Assembly: GCA_003228915.1 (NCBI GenBank)
Contig: QIGL01000052.1
Location: forward strand, 13,090 to 77,089
From: Acidiferrobacteraceae bacterium
GTDB taxonomy: Bacteria > Pseudomonadota > Gammaproteobacteria > Acidiferrobacterales > SZUA-150
Reading direction: 5' to 3'
DNA: 64,000 nt
The translations under genes and the position numbers were made by a program. Shown in pieces: positions 48,311 to 58,595 of this stretch (the first letter of the stretch is position 1; every line of letters starts with the position of its first letter). Under the pieces are notes generated by a model, which worked only from the letters and a program-made list of their open reading frames with translations, was not told the origin of the DNA and ran no database searches.

Positions 48311-49495
48311 CTAAAAATATTTAAGATAGAGTATATAGAGCTTTTCGAAAGAATTTTTAACCCTGACAAGAAATTTTGATCGTTTTGGAAAAATATTCCA
48401 AAACGGTGGTTTATTATCACTGGATCTGTGCATCCACATGCCATCATTTTCCATATTCAGGATACAGGAAAGCTCATAACGATAAGTAGTGACAGGTTTT
48501 TTGTTGTTTAAAATGTTGTTCATATTTTTAGCCACGGCTTGCGATCGAAGTTGTGCCATATGTGCCTGGTGGGGCACCCAGGGAGGCGGATTTTCATGGC
48601 TGGCACAGTCACCCGCTGCAAATACATTTTTTAGGCCCTTGACCTGGCCATATTTATCGACATCAACATGACCGCCTGGTGAAACAGTTATGCATGATTG
48701 TTGTAACCATTTTGCACCTGTTATACCAGGAGAATAAAGCACTAAATCCGCTTTTCGGACGGTCCCGTCTTTATCTTTCAGGCCACCTTCGATAAATTCA
48801 GCGGGTTCATAACCATAATCCAGGATAATGCCTCGTTCCTGCAGGCGATCGGTAATGGCACCTGCCTCACCAGGTTTTCTGTTAGGTGAAAAAAAGTGAA
48901 TTTCAAAATTATCCCGTACGCCTTTTTTCTTTAGTGCAAAGTCCAGCAAGGTGGCGCATTCATATATTTGTCCAGCGCGGCCTGCCACAAAACCATCAAG
49001 TTTATTGATCTTAAAACCGATATAAATGACGCCAGAAGTTAGTGACGCCAGTTTGGCCATAAATTTGTCCATATCGTCGGGACCATGACAGGGCGAAAAG
49101 GTGTGCGCTTTTGTGCCGGGAATATCATCATCCAGGAAAGATGGCCCTATACCCAGAAATAATGCATCGTTCTCGTATGATCCATTTTTGGCGATGACTT
49201 TACGGCCATTATCCTGGATATCAATTACGACATCGTCAATAAATTTAATGTTTCGGCGCCGTAAAAAAGGACGTATATCAGTGAGCACACCTTTTTTGTT
49301 TTTCTTTCCCGTGATAAATTCCGGGATTGAAGGGAAATAGGTAAATACACCATTTCCGATAAGTGTAATATCATATCGCGCTATTATTTTTCGGAAGAAA
49401 AACGCAAAAAACGGGTATATCGGTAAAAAGAGTAAATACTGGACTAAAAATAATGAAGCAAACCCATTCCCGACAATAGTTACTTTTTTTCTCAC
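48311..49495 (-). CDS. FAD/NAD(P)-dependent pyridine nucleotide-disulfide oxidoreductase (SQR/NDH-2-like)
   Basis: N-terminal VTIVGNGFAS, C-terminal FAAGDCA flavin motif, 394 aa. A hydrophobic insertion follows the first Rossmann strand. Confidence 0.65.
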   Translation of the reverse strand: MRKKVTIVGNGFASLFLVQYLLFLPIYPFFAFFFRKIIARYDITLIGNGVFTYFPSIPEFITGKKNKKGVLTDIRPFLRRRNIKFIDDVVIDIQDNGRKVIAKNGSYENDALFLGIGPSFLDDDIPGTKAHTFSPCHGPDDMDKFMAKLASLTSGVIYIGFKINKLDGFVAGRAGQIYECATLLDFALKKKGVRDNFEIHFFSPNRKPGEAGAITDRLQERGIILDYGYEPAEFIEGGLKDKDGTVRKADLVLYSPGITGAKWLQQSCITVSPGGHVDVDKYGQVKGLKNVFAAGDCASHENPPPWVPHQAHMAQLRSQAVAKNMNNILNNKKPVTTYRYELSCILNMENDGMWMHRSSDNKPPFWNIFPKRSKFLVRVKNSFEKLYILYLKYF

Positions 49496-49648
49496 ACTGC
49501 TCCCCTTTGTCTAAAATAATAAATAACCTATCTGAATATACGCAGTATATCGTAATTTTTAATAAGGAGACATACCGCCAGGAAGGATGACTTTAATATA
49601 TTGTATTTGGAGTTTTTAGGTATTGCGGGGCGTAGATAAAGACCGCTT

Positions 49649-50623
49649 TTACTGGCTAATCATGACACTATTTCCACCCAGATTTTTTGCGCGTTTACAG
49701 GCATCCATAGCATTGTTTAAAACGTCGCCGAGGGTATCAGCCTTGCCATCAATGAGCGTTACGCCAATCGAACAGCGTAGGGTGATATTTTTTCCTTCGT
49801 ACGTAATCAGGTCTTTTGTTATGAACTTATGGAATTCGTTGCCAACATACTCTGCTAGTTCTTGCGTGGTATTGTAGATCAACACGGCAAACTCATCGCC
49901 GCTTAACCTGGCGGCCATATCCGAGCCTCGAAGGCGCAGTTTTATTTTTTTACCAAGTGTAACCAGGACACAGTCCCCTGCGTCGAGCCCCATGGTATCA
50001 TTGATAAATTTAAACCTGTCTATATTTATGTATATAAGTGCGCTTGGGTTACCTTCGCCACGCTTCCTGCGTTCCATAACCCGACCCAATTCCATTTTCA
50101 GGTAATTATAATTATAGAGCTCGGTTAGTGGATCATGATCTGCAATTTTATGGATATCTTCAAGGCTCGGTCCGCGGTCATTGATGTCTTTCATTGCGGC
50201 CATAAACAATCGTTTATTGTCGCTAGAGAGTTCAGCCAGTGTTAATTCTACCAGCGTAGAGCTACCGTCTTTATGGCCTACGATTACTTCCTTTGGGCCC
50301 TGGCTGATGATTTCATTACTACCACTTTTCAGGAATCGTTCTACGTATTTATCAAAACGATCAGCATCAAAAGGTGTCATGAGCCTGGTTACGCTTTTGC
50401 CCAGCACCTCATCGGCTGAATACCCGAATAATATTTGGGCGGCACTATTATAGGTTTCAATGGTGCCATCCAAGTCAGCAATCACCACGGCATCAGAAAT
50501 ACTATTCAACAATACTTTGATCCTGGTTTTGCTCTCGGCCAGATCCTGTTGCAGCGATTCAGGACTATTGGCTTGCCCGGATTCATGCCTGGTTTGATTC
50601 TGATCGCTCATTTTACGTCTCAA
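49649..50623 (-). CDS. PAS-domain diguanylate cyclase (GGDEF domain with an SGDEF active-site variant)
   Basis: PAS-like N-terminal half (SDAVVIADLDGTIETYNSAAQILFGYS). GGDEF-domain C-terminal half with RLSGDEFAVL. Confidence 0.85.
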   Translation of the reverse strand: MRRKMSDQNQTRHESGQANSPESLQQDLAESKTRIKVLLNSISDAVVIADLDGTIETYNSAAQILFGYSADEVLGKSVTRLMTPFDADRFDKYVERFLKSGSNEIISQGPKEVIVGHKDGSSTLVELTLAELSSDNKRLFMAAMKDINDRGPSLEDIHKIADHDPLTELYNYNYLKMELGRVMERRKRGEGNPSALIYINIDRFKFINDTMGLDAGDCVLVTLGKKIKLRLRGSDMAARLSGDEFAVLIYNTTQELAEYVGNEFHKFITKDLITYEGKNITLRCSIGVTLIDGKADTLGDVLNNAMDACKRAKNLGGNSVMISQ

Positions 50624-50900
50624 TATTAGAAATATCTGTGTAAAAAATTACTAAACTTTCTCTAATTTATATAGCACAGGAAAAGGCCTGCAGTGATATT
50701 GCGGGCCATAAATCATCAAAAATTATATGAATATTTAAATTCATTATTAGGTGATAAATAGGGTGTTTTTGGCAAATAGTTACCACTATAGCTTAACTTT
50801 TGAGACTGGTTTGCTAGTCTTTCTAGTGAGCCAACGATATTAAGTGCCAGGCACTAAATTCTTCTATCTTACTGAATATAAACAACTATTAGGTTGATAA

Positions 50901-52913
50901 GTGGCAAATATTAGTATATCAAAAGACAGTCCCGCCCCAGGCCGGCCTAAAACGACAATCGAGAGAAGGCCTGCAAGTGCCGAAGGTCAAGGGTTTAGCC
51001 AGAAGCTCGCCAGTTTTAGTATTTGGCGAGAAAAGTTTGTATCAGCGATCGAGGCCTACCAGCATTGGGTAGAACAGAATGAGCCGGTTGAAGGTGAAAA
51101 TGACCTGCGAATTTACGAGTTGATTGAGTCACTAAAATCGGACAAATTAAAAATTGCTTTCATGGGAGAGCTCTCCCGTGGGAAAACTGAGTTACTCAAC
51201 GCACTCTTTTTTTCCGATTACAAGAAACGTCTCTTGCCCTCATCAGCTGGACGGACAACCATGTGTCCGACAGAGCTTCGTTACGACGTTAAAACCGGAG
51301 CTTGTATAAAACTGTTGCCTATCGAAACGCGCAAAACAGGAACTACTATAGCTGAGTACAAGCAGAATCCGGTGCAGTGGACAACGCTACATCTGCTTAA
51401 GCGGGATTCTGCCAAAGAACTCGAGGCGGCTTTTTTAGAAGTTACAAAGACTAAAAGAGTGCACACCCGGGAAGCCGAAGAGCTTGGCTTGTATGACCCA
51501 AGTAACGAGATTGCAAACAGGGGTATTTCGATTGTCGATGATATGATTGAGATACCTTGTTGGCGCCATGCAATTATTAATTACCCCCACCCCTTGCTGG
51601 AAAATGGCCTGGTGATACTGGACACGCCAGGACTCAATTCCCTTGGGTCTGAACCAGAACTCACATTAAGCATGCTGCCAGAGGCCCATGCCGTAGTATT
51701 TGTTTTGGCAGCCGATACGGGCGTCACAGTAAGCGACATGGAGATATGGAATAATCATGTCAGCTGCACTAAAAAAGAACAACTTCGTGAGCGCCTGGTT
51801 GTCCTCAATAAAATTGATGCCATGTGGGATCCATTACGCACAGAATCTGAAGTAAATAAATTAATAAACAAGCAAGTTGAAAGTACGGCATTATCATTAA
51901 AAGAAAACAGAAAAATAATTATGCCTGTATCGGCCAAGGCAGGCCTGACTGCAAAAATAAATGACGACAGCGAATTGCTTGCGAAAAGCGGGATAAATGA
52001 TCTTGAACTATGCCTGGCCAGGAAAATTTTACCCGCTAAATACGAGATAATACGTCGCAAAGTAGTTTATGAAGTTAGTGGCAGGGTAGAGAAAAGCCAG
52101 CAATTATTAAAAGCGAAGTATAACGGCGTAGATAACCAGCTTAAAAAATTAAAAGAACTTGGCGGAAAAAACCTTGATGAAATACAGGAGATGGTCTCTA
52201 TTATGCGCCGGGAGAAGAAGAAATATGAAATGGAAATCAAGGGGTTTGAAATTACAAGGAAAGTATTAACGAAACAGGCAACAGTTTTATTTAATGATCT
52301 GAATTTAAAGGCGCTTGATCAATTAATTCGTTTGACACGAAAGAATATGAGAGAAAGCTGGACAACGGCTGGCTTAAAGAAGGCCATAAGACTATTTTTT
52401 AAAACTGCCATGCACCCGATGGGTAATGTTAAAAAGAAGTCTGAAGATATTAAAAAATCTGTAGATGAGATTTGCCATAAAATGCACAAGGAATATGGGC
52501 TCCCCCTGATCCGGGTTTCTGCCTTGTCATTGGTACCTTATGTGATGGATCTGAAAAAACTGGAAGGCAGGGCTGAGGTTTTCAGGAATAGTGCGGCAAT
52601 TATTGTTACCGAGCAAAATACTGTAATCAGTAAATTTTTTGTAGTTATGGTTTCAGAAGCGAGAAAAATATTTGACGAATGCAGCCAACATGCCCAGGGA
52701 TGGTTCCAGGAGCTGGCCAGCCAGGTACATAACCAGTTAAGAGTGCATAAAAATATAATAGACAAAGGGCTGGAATCAATACGCGCAATTCATGAAGACA
52801 TCGATACTATTGGCCAGCAAATTTCCAGTCTTGAGCAGGAGAAGGCCAACATAGCGGCACAACTTGGGATAGTTAACGGACTACTTAAAAAAATTCAAAA
52901 ACCAATAGAATGA
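50901..52913 (+). CDS. Bacterial dynamin-like GTPase
   Basis: G1 GELSRGKT, G3 ILDTPGLNS, G4 VLNKID, then a long helical stalk. GTG start. 670 aa. Confidence 0.8.
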   Translation: MANISISKDSPAPGRPKTTIERRPASAEGQGFSQKLASFSIWREKFVSAIEAYQHWVEQNEPVEGENDLRIYELIESLKSDKLKIAFMGELSRGKTELLNALFFSDYKKRLLPSSAGRTTMCPTELRYDVKTGACIKLLPIETRKTGTTIAEYKQNPVQWTTLHLLKRDSAKELEAAFLEVTKTKRVHTREAEELGLYDPSNEIANRGISIVDDMIEIPCWRHAIINYPHPLLENGLVILDTPGLNSLGSEPELTLSMLPEAHAVVFVLAADTGVTVSDMEIWNNHVSCTKKEQLRERLVVLNKIDAMWDPLRTESEVNKLINKQVESTALSLKENRKIIMPVSAKAGLTAKINDDSELLAKSGINDLELCLARKILPAKYEIIRRKVVYEVSGRVEKSQQLLKAKYNGVDNQLKKLKELGGKNLDEIQEMVSIMRREKKKYEMEIKGFEITRKVLTKQATVLFNDLNLKALDQLIRLTRKNMRESWTTAGLKKAIRLFFKTAMHPMGNVKKKSEDIKKSVDEICHKMHKEYGLPLIRVSALSLVPYVMDLKKLEGRAEVFRNSAAIIVTEQNTVISKFFVVMVSEARKIFDECSQHAQGWFQELASQVHNQLRVHKNIIDKGLESIRAIHEDIDTIGQQISSLEQEKANIAAQLGIVNGLLKKIQKPIE

Positions 52914-52916
52914 TAT

Positions 52917-54041
52917 TCAGGATACAGCCCTGTCGCCTAAAATATCTCCTGTGGTCCAGCGTGCAATGTAAGCAGGAATATCGCTAATTGAAAGTATCTT
53001 ATTGACAGCACCGAGTTTGTTCGCCTGGTCTGGCATACCATATATCACGCTACTTTTTTTATCCTGGGCGATTGTATAGGAGCCATTCCTGTACATGGAG
53101 AGCATCCCCTTGGCACCATCTTTGCCCATACCGGTAAGGATAATACCCAATATGTCCGGCCCATGGTAACGACTGACAGATTCAAATAAAATATCGACCG
53201 CTGGTTTGTGTTGATTAACCAGTTTGCCATCGAAGACATCGGCAATAAATTCATTGCGGGAATTCTGCGAGATTGCTAAATGGTAAGCGCCATTGGCTAT
53301 CAGCATTGTTCCAGATGTCAGCATATCCCCGTCTCTCGCTTCCCTGATATCGAGGGCTGATAATTGATTGATTCTCTGGGCATACATATCGGTAAAACGA
53401 GGCGGCATATGCTGGACGACAGCAATGCCTGGACTATCTACGGGCAACGCCTCGGCTATTTCCTGGATTGCCTTTGTCCCGCCTGTAGATGCACCAATGA
53501 CAATAATCTTTTTGTTCCCGGATGTTGACGGTTTGATGGTTACTTTCCTGGAACCTGTGGTTGATCTCAGGTGGTCAAGCGACCCTCTATCGTTGTTATA
53601 ATCCTGTTTATCTATTAGCCTGACACTGGATCGTATTTTTGCATTGGCAGCAGCTTCCAGTTTGTTGCAAAGGTCTGTGATAAATGGATCCAACGATCCA
53701 CTAGCATCCATTTTTGGCTTGGTAATAAAATCTATCGCGCCCAGCTCAAGTGCCTGGAAAGTTTCACGCGCGCCTTTTTCCGTATGTGATGAGACCATGA
53801 CAACCGGCATTGGCCTTACTTCCATTAATTCTTTGAGAAAAGTCAGGCCATCCATACGTGGCATTTCTACGTCCAGGGTCAGGACATCAGGATTAACCCG
53901 GGGTATTTTATTTTTTGCAAGTATAGGATCAGATGAAACGCCAACAACTTCAAATCTTGAATCTTCAGTGATTATAGATTTAAGTAGTTCACGCATGACA
54001 GCAGAGTCATCGATAATCAGGACTTTAATTATATTAGCCAA
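52917..54041 (-). CDS. cheB: Chemotaxis response regulator protein-glutamate methylesterase
   Basis: REC domain (VLIIDDSAVMRELL, DVEMPRMDG) plus methylesterase domain (GASTGG, ILTGMGKDG). Confidence 0.92.
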   Translation of the reverse strand: MANIIKVLIIDDSAVMRELLKSIITEDSRFEVVGVSSDPILAKNKIPRVNPDVLTLDVEMPRMDGLTFLKELMEVRPMPVVMVSSHTEKGARETFQALELGAIDFITKPKMDASGSLDPFITDLCNKLEAAANAKIRSSVRLIDKQDYNNDRGSLDHLRSTTGSRKVTIKPSTSGNKKIIVIGASTGGTKAIQEIAEALPVDSPGIAVVQHMPPRFTDMYAQRINQLSALDIREARDGDMLTSGTMLIANGAYHLAISQNSRNEFIADVFDGKLVNQHKPAVDILFESVSRYHGPDILGIILTGMGKDGAKGMLSMYRNGSYTIAQDKKSSVIYGMPDQANKLGAVNKILSISDIPAYIARWTTGDILGDRAVS

Positions 54042-54065
54042 AAAAATCTCACCAGTTTGTTATAG

Positions 54066-54671
54066 CTAGAAGAGGGTAGGTACCCCATCCAGCTCATCTG
54101 TTCGAAGCCTGGAAAGGAATACTTTTTCTTCAGTTATTGTTTTAGTTGCTTCATTTAGGCCAAGACGTTTTAAATATACTTTTCCAGTGAGCGGGATGAA
54201 CAGTACGCGTTTTGGGTGATTGCCACCAAGGTCACTGGTAACAACTTTTATATTCTCGGTAGCCAGGAACTTGCCAACAAAATTAATATTCATACTTGGT
54301 ACGCTATTATTTGAATCAGGAACATTCAGGACATGACCACCACCGAATACTTTTACAATAAAACGAGATCGCACACCGCCAATTTTTATGAGATTATTTA
54401 TTAATAATTCCATGGCGTGCACGCCGTAACGCGTACTCAGCGGATTATTTAAATCCGCTGCCTTCGGCAGCATAAAATGATTCATGCCACCAACATTACA
54501 TTCTGGATCATACATACATACGGAAATACATGAACCAAGGACAGTATCAAAAACAACCGGGTCTTTGCTGACTTTTACGCTACCAATATTGATACGTTCC
54601 AGGGGAAGTCCTTCCACCTCTCTGGGCAGGCGACGGTATTTCGATGAAGTTGAACTTGTATTCGTTAACAT
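54066..54671 (-). CDS. cheD: Chemoreceptor glutamine deamidase CheD
   Basis: LGSCISVCMYD...GGMNHFMLP motif. 201 aa. Confidence 0.9.
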   Translation of the reverse strand: MLTNTSSTSSKYRRLPREVEGLPLERINIGSVKVSKDPVVFDTVLGSCISVCMYDPECNVGGMNHFMLPKAADLNNPLSTRYGVHAMELLINNLIKIGGVRSRFIVKVFGGGHVLNVPDSNNSVPSMNINFVGKFLATENIKVVTSDLGGNHPKRVLFIPLTGKVYLKRLGLNEATKTITEEKVFLSRLRTDELDGVPTLF

Positions 54672-54677
54672 AAGGAA

Positions 54678-55556
54678 TCAGGCATTCCTGTTTATCTGGT
54701 AAATATTTTTTCCGAGGTTTATCAGGCTTGTATCCAAACCGTGCAATGACTCCGAATGACCAAGCATAAGATAACCATCTAACTCCATATGACCCTGAAA
54801 ACGACTGATTAGATCATGTTGCGTTATTTTATCAAAATATATGATGACATTACGACAAAAAATAATATCAAATTTGTGTTTATGCGGCCATTGAGAATCA
54901 AGCAGGTTCATTTGTTGAAACGTAATGATGTCTCTTAATTTGTCCGCAGCCCTGAAAAAGCCATTATTTCCGCCTCTTCCTTTATGAAAATATTTGAGCA
55001 ATAGTGTTTTTGGAATTTGTGCGGCGTTCTCGATTGGGTAAATGCCTTCAGAAGCTTTTTTAAGGACATTGGTGTCTATATCTGTCGCAAGGATCTTTAC
55101 ATTCCATCCAAAATTATCCGGAAAGGCCTCTGAGAGCGCCATCGCAATCGTATAGGCCTCTTCACCGGTTGAGCAACCGGCACTCCAGATATTTATCGTC
55201 CTGGTGTGATGGCTTTGTGCATTCTCCTTTAAGGCAGGAAACAACGTCTCACTCAAAAACTTAAAATGAAAATCTTCACGAAAAAAACTGGTCTTGTTGG
55301 TTGTTATTGCGTTTATCATTTCAACCAGCTCTGTGCCGGAAGAATCTTTATTCAGGATATAATTGTAATAATCAAGATAAGTTTTCAGGCCGTGATATCG
55401 CAACCTTTTACCAAGACGAGAATATACGAGCGCCCGTTTATGTTCAGAAAGAGAGATTCCTGTATGTTCATATATCAATTCTCTGAATAATCTAAACTCC
55501 TTGTCAGTTAGATTGTCCGCATGATTAATTAATGGTGATTGTAAATTAACAGTCAT
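54678..55556 (-). CDS. cheR: Chemotaxis protein methyltransferase CheR
   Basis: N-terminal helical domain, FFRE, SAM-binding IWSAGCSTGEEAYTIAM. Confidence 0.92.
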   Translation of the reverse strand: MTVNLQSPLINHADNLTDKEFRLFRELIYEHTGISLSEHKRALVYSRLGKRLRYHGLKTYLDYYNYILNKDSSGTELVEMINAITTNKTSFFREDFHFKFLSETLFPALKENAQSHHTRTINIWSAGCSTGEEAYTIAMALSEAFPDNFGWNVKILATDIDTNVLKKASEGIYPIENAAQIPKTLLLKYFHKGRGGNNGFFRAADKLRDIITFQQMNLLDSQWPHKHKFDIIFCRNVIIYFDKITQHDLISRFQGHMELDGYLMLGHSESLHGLDTSLINLGKNIYQINRNA

Positions 55557-55609
55557 ACCTTAATGGCCCATGCTAAATAAATTAACTGTTAAATGTAATA
55601 TTAATACGA

Positions 55610-56131
55610 CTAATTGTCTTCCAGGTCCGCATCTGGAGCCAAATCAGAACTCATGTCAGCCAGATCGTCAACGTCAGCAAGCTTGCTAATATCCAGTAAT
55701 ATGAGTAGTTTTTCATCAAACTGGACCAACCCATCTATAAATTGCCGGTTTAGCTGTCCTTCAAACTCAGGTGCTTCACAGTGTTGTTCATTTGATGCGT
55801 TAACAACATCGCTAACTGAATCAACAACCAGGCCTGCAAGTTTTCCAGAAATGTTCACTACTATGATTACTGTAAATTGGTCGTATTCCTTTCTCTCCAG
55901 GTTGAAGCGTAGCCGTAAATCGATAATTGGGACTATAGTGCCGCGCAGGTTTAGCACGCCTTTAATAAAATGGGGAGAATTAGGTATTGGCGTGACAGCA
56001 GTCCATCCTTTTATCTCCTGAACTTCGAGAATAGGTATACCATAATCCTGATCGCTTAATCTGAATGTCAGGTACTGTTGCTCGAGGTTATCAAGATCCT
56101 CTTTAATGTCTGCCAGATTCGTGTTATCCAT
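55610..56131 (-). CDS. cheW: Chemotaxis coupling protein CheW
   Basis: 173 aa. YLTFRLSDQDYGIPILEVQEI...NLRGTIVPIIDLR. Confidence 0.92.
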   Translation of the reverse strand: MDNTNLADIKEDLDNLEQQYLTFRLSDQDYGIPILEVQEIKGWTAVTPIPNSPHFIKGVLNLRGTIVPIIDLRLRFNLERKEYDQFTVIIVVNISGKLAGLVVDSVSDVVNASNEQHCEAPEFEGQLNRQFIDGLVQFDEKLLILLDISKLADVDDLADMSSDLAPDADLEDN

Positions 56132-56174
56132 TGCTGTGCTCCAAAATAACCAATGTACTTAAGTTAATAAAACA

Positions 56175-58217
56175 TCAGGACGCTGCTTTAAGCATGTGGT
56201 CTTGATAGTGTTTGTGACTTACCAGGTTAGTGAGGGTGGATATATCCAGTATTAATGCCACTTCACCGTCGCCAAGGATGGTTGCTGTGGCCACCCCTTC
56301 AACACGTTTGTAATGTGTTTCAAGGCTTTTGACAACCACTTGTTGTTGACCGACAATTTCATCAACTAACAGGCCAATCTTTTTATTTTCAGATTCTACG
56401 ATAATAATAATCCCGTCAGTAGTGGTTTTGATAGCCGAGCTTAAGTTAAATAATTTGTAGAGTTTCAGGAATGGCAAGTATTCACTATGAAAGGGAACCA
56501 GCTCTGAGCCACCAGCTGGCCTGCTAATTTCATGCTCCGGGACAGACAAGGATTCTATTACAGACAAGAGGGGGATGATGTAAACCTGGGAACCAACCTT
56601 GACGCAAAGTCCATCCATGATTGCGAGGGTGAGCGGCAGGCGTAGTGTTAATTTTGTTCCACTCCCGGGATTATTAGTCACTTCAACATGACCACCCAGC
56701 TCACTAATACGTGTTCTGACCACATCCATGCCCACACCTCTGCCGGATACGCCAGTCACCTGGGAGGCCGTGGAAAAACCAGGTATAAATATAAGATTAT
56801 CAATTTGCTCGTCAGTTAAATCTGCATCATCCCTGACCAGGCCTTTCTCAATTGCCTTATTTAAAATTAGGTTACGGTTCAGGCCATTGCCGTCGTCTTC
56901 TATGGTGATCACAACGCTGCCACCTTTTTGCGAAGCTTGCACGTGAATCGCGCCTGTTTCTGGCTTACCGGCATTTATCCTTTCGGCAGGTGATTCAAGG
57001 CCGTGATCAACTGAATTACGAACAATATGCATGAGTGCATCGCCGATGCTTTCAATAACGCTTTTATCGAGCTCGGTGCCTTCCCCGCTTATATCAAGTT
57101 TTACTTTTTTGCCAAGCTTCGTGCTGACATCGCGAACGATCCTTGGTAATTTATTCAGGGCGAAGCCTACTGGCAACATTCGAATTCTCATGACACTTTC
57201 TTGTAATTCTCGCGTATTCCTTTCCAGCAGACCAAGACCAAGTTGTAGTTTTTCAATTGATTCAGATGTTATCTCTTCCGAAAATTGGCTAAGCATTGTC
57301 TGGGTTATCACCAATTCACCCACCAGGTCGACCAGGGCATCAACTTTCGGCGTGCTCACCCTGATTGATTGCACTTCGAGCCCGTTACCTGAAACGCCAG
57401 GGGCAGGAGCGTTGGTGCCGGTACCTGAGTCAATGGCATGTTCCGGCCTGGAAGCGGATGGGTTATGCACGCTATTATTTCGTTTAATATCTAAAACGCA
57501 GTCATCAGCCACCCATGAAAATACGTTTTCTATCAGACTCTTTTCTACGGGCCCTAATAAATCAATATTCCAGGATAAATAAATATACTCGGGATTTATT
57601 TTGTTCCAGCTTGGCAGGGAATTTATATCCAGTTGCGACTTGATATTACCAAGATTTTTCAGCGCGCGTATAATACGAACTGGATCATTACCAGTAGATA
57701 ACATATTCTTGTTTGGAGTAAATAAAATATCCCAGTTACCTATATTATTTTTATCAATCCCCCTGGTTTTACGCCTTCTGTCTGGTGTAACTTCGCAGCC
57801 AGTTTCTTGTAAGTTCTCCAGGTTAACTTGAAACTTATCTATGTCGGCGGGCAGTGTATTAATTCCATTTTGTGAATTCTGGACTAAAGTTCTCAGGCAA
57901 TCGCAAGAATGTAATAGTGTGCTAATCAGGTTACGTGTAGTTTTACAGCGATGTTCCCGGATATCGTCGAGGAGGTTTTCAAGCACATGACTGAAGTTGG
58001 CAACAATTTCAAAACCAAATGTACTGCTTCCTCCCTTTATAGAATGTACCGCACGAAATATAATGTTTAGAGATTCATTATCTGCTTTAAATTCGTCAGA
58101 AACCCTTCGTCCAGACATGTGGCCGTCAATACGAAGCAGTTCCGCTTCCATATCAGACAATGCTTCCAGGCTTTCTTCAAAAAATGTCTGATGAAATTGT
58201 GTGAGATCAATAGTCAT
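56175..58217 (-). CDS. cheA: Chemotaxis histidine kinase CheA
   Basis: HPt motif AVHSIKGGSSTFGF, HATPase region (HIVRNSVDHG, DDGNGL, GRGVGMDVV), C-terminal CheW-like domain. Confidence 0.95.
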   Translation of the reverse strand: MTIDLTQFHQTFFEESLEALSDMEAELLRIDGHMSGRRVSDEFKADNESLNIIFRAVHSIKGGSSTFGFEIVANFSHVLENLLDDIREHRCKTTRNLISTLLHSCDCLRTLVQNSQNGINTLPADIDKFQVNLENLQETGCEVTPDRRRKTRGIDKNNIGNWDILFTPNKNMLSTGNDPVRIIRALKNLGNIKSQLDINSLPSWNKINPEYIYLSWNIDLLGPVEKSLIENVFSWVADDCVLDIKRNNSVHNPSASRPEHAIDSGTGTNAPAPGVSGNGLEVQSIRVSTPKVDALVDLVGELVITQTMLSQFSEEITSESIEKLQLGLGLLERNTRELQESVMRIRMLPVGFALNKLPRIVRDVSTKLGKKVKLDISGEGTELDKSVIESIGDALMHIVRNSVDHGLESPAERINAGKPETGAIHVQASQKGGSVVITIEDDGNGLNRNLILNKAIEKGLVRDDADLTDEQIDNLIFIPGFSTASQVTGVSGRGVGMDVVRTRISELGGHVEVTNNPGSGTKLTLRLPLTLAIMDGLCVKVGSQVYIIPLLSVIESLSVPEHEISRPAGGSELVPFHSEYLPFLKLYKLFNLSSAIKTTTDGIIIIVESENKKIGLLVDEIVGQQQVVVKSLETHYKRVEGVATATILGDGEVALILDISTLTNLVSHKHYQDHMLKAAS

Positions 58218-58221
58218 ATAA

Positions 58222-58584
58222 TTAATTTAAAACATTTTTAATGACGTTTAATAGTTGCTCAGGATTAAATGGTTTTACGATCCAGCCTGTCGCACCCGCT
58301 TCCTTGCATTCCTTTCTTTTTGAATCCTGTGACTCCGTCGTTAACATTAGGATGGGCGTGAATTTATAGTCTGCTAATGATCGCAATTCGCGTACGAGAG
58401 AAATGCCATCCATATTAGGCATATTGATATCTGTGATCACTGCATCAAATTTTGATTTGCGAGCCGCTTCAAGCGCCTCATTGCCATCAGCCGCTTCAGT
58501 TACCTCATAACTGGCATCATTAAGTGTAAAACCAATCATTTGTCTCATTGAGGCAGTGTCATCTACTATAAGAATTGTTGCCAT
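58222..58584 (-). CDS. cheY: CheY-like single-domain response regulator
   Basis: 120 aa. ILIVDD, DINMPNMDG and the conserved K (VKPF). Confidence 0.9.
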   Translation of the reverse strand: MATILIVDDTASMRQMIGFTLNDASYEVTEAADGNEALEAARKSKFDAVITDINMPNMDGISLVRELRSLADYKFTPILMLTTESQDSKRKECKEAGATGWIVKPFNPEQLLNVIKNVLN

Positions 58585-58595
58585 TTATTTCTCCT

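Noticed and set aside
50840-50870. Sigma-54 promoter around the AGTGCC-a-GGCACT palindrome upstream of the dynamin-like gene
   Set aside because: A TGGCAC is present on the minus strand, but there is no TTGC at the required 5-nt spacing and the orientation is wrong for the gene.
50901-52913. Dynamin-based anti-phage system (LeoA/LeoBC-type)
   Set aside because: Those systems consist of two or more adjacent dynamin-like genes. Only one is present here, with no other defence-type neighbours.
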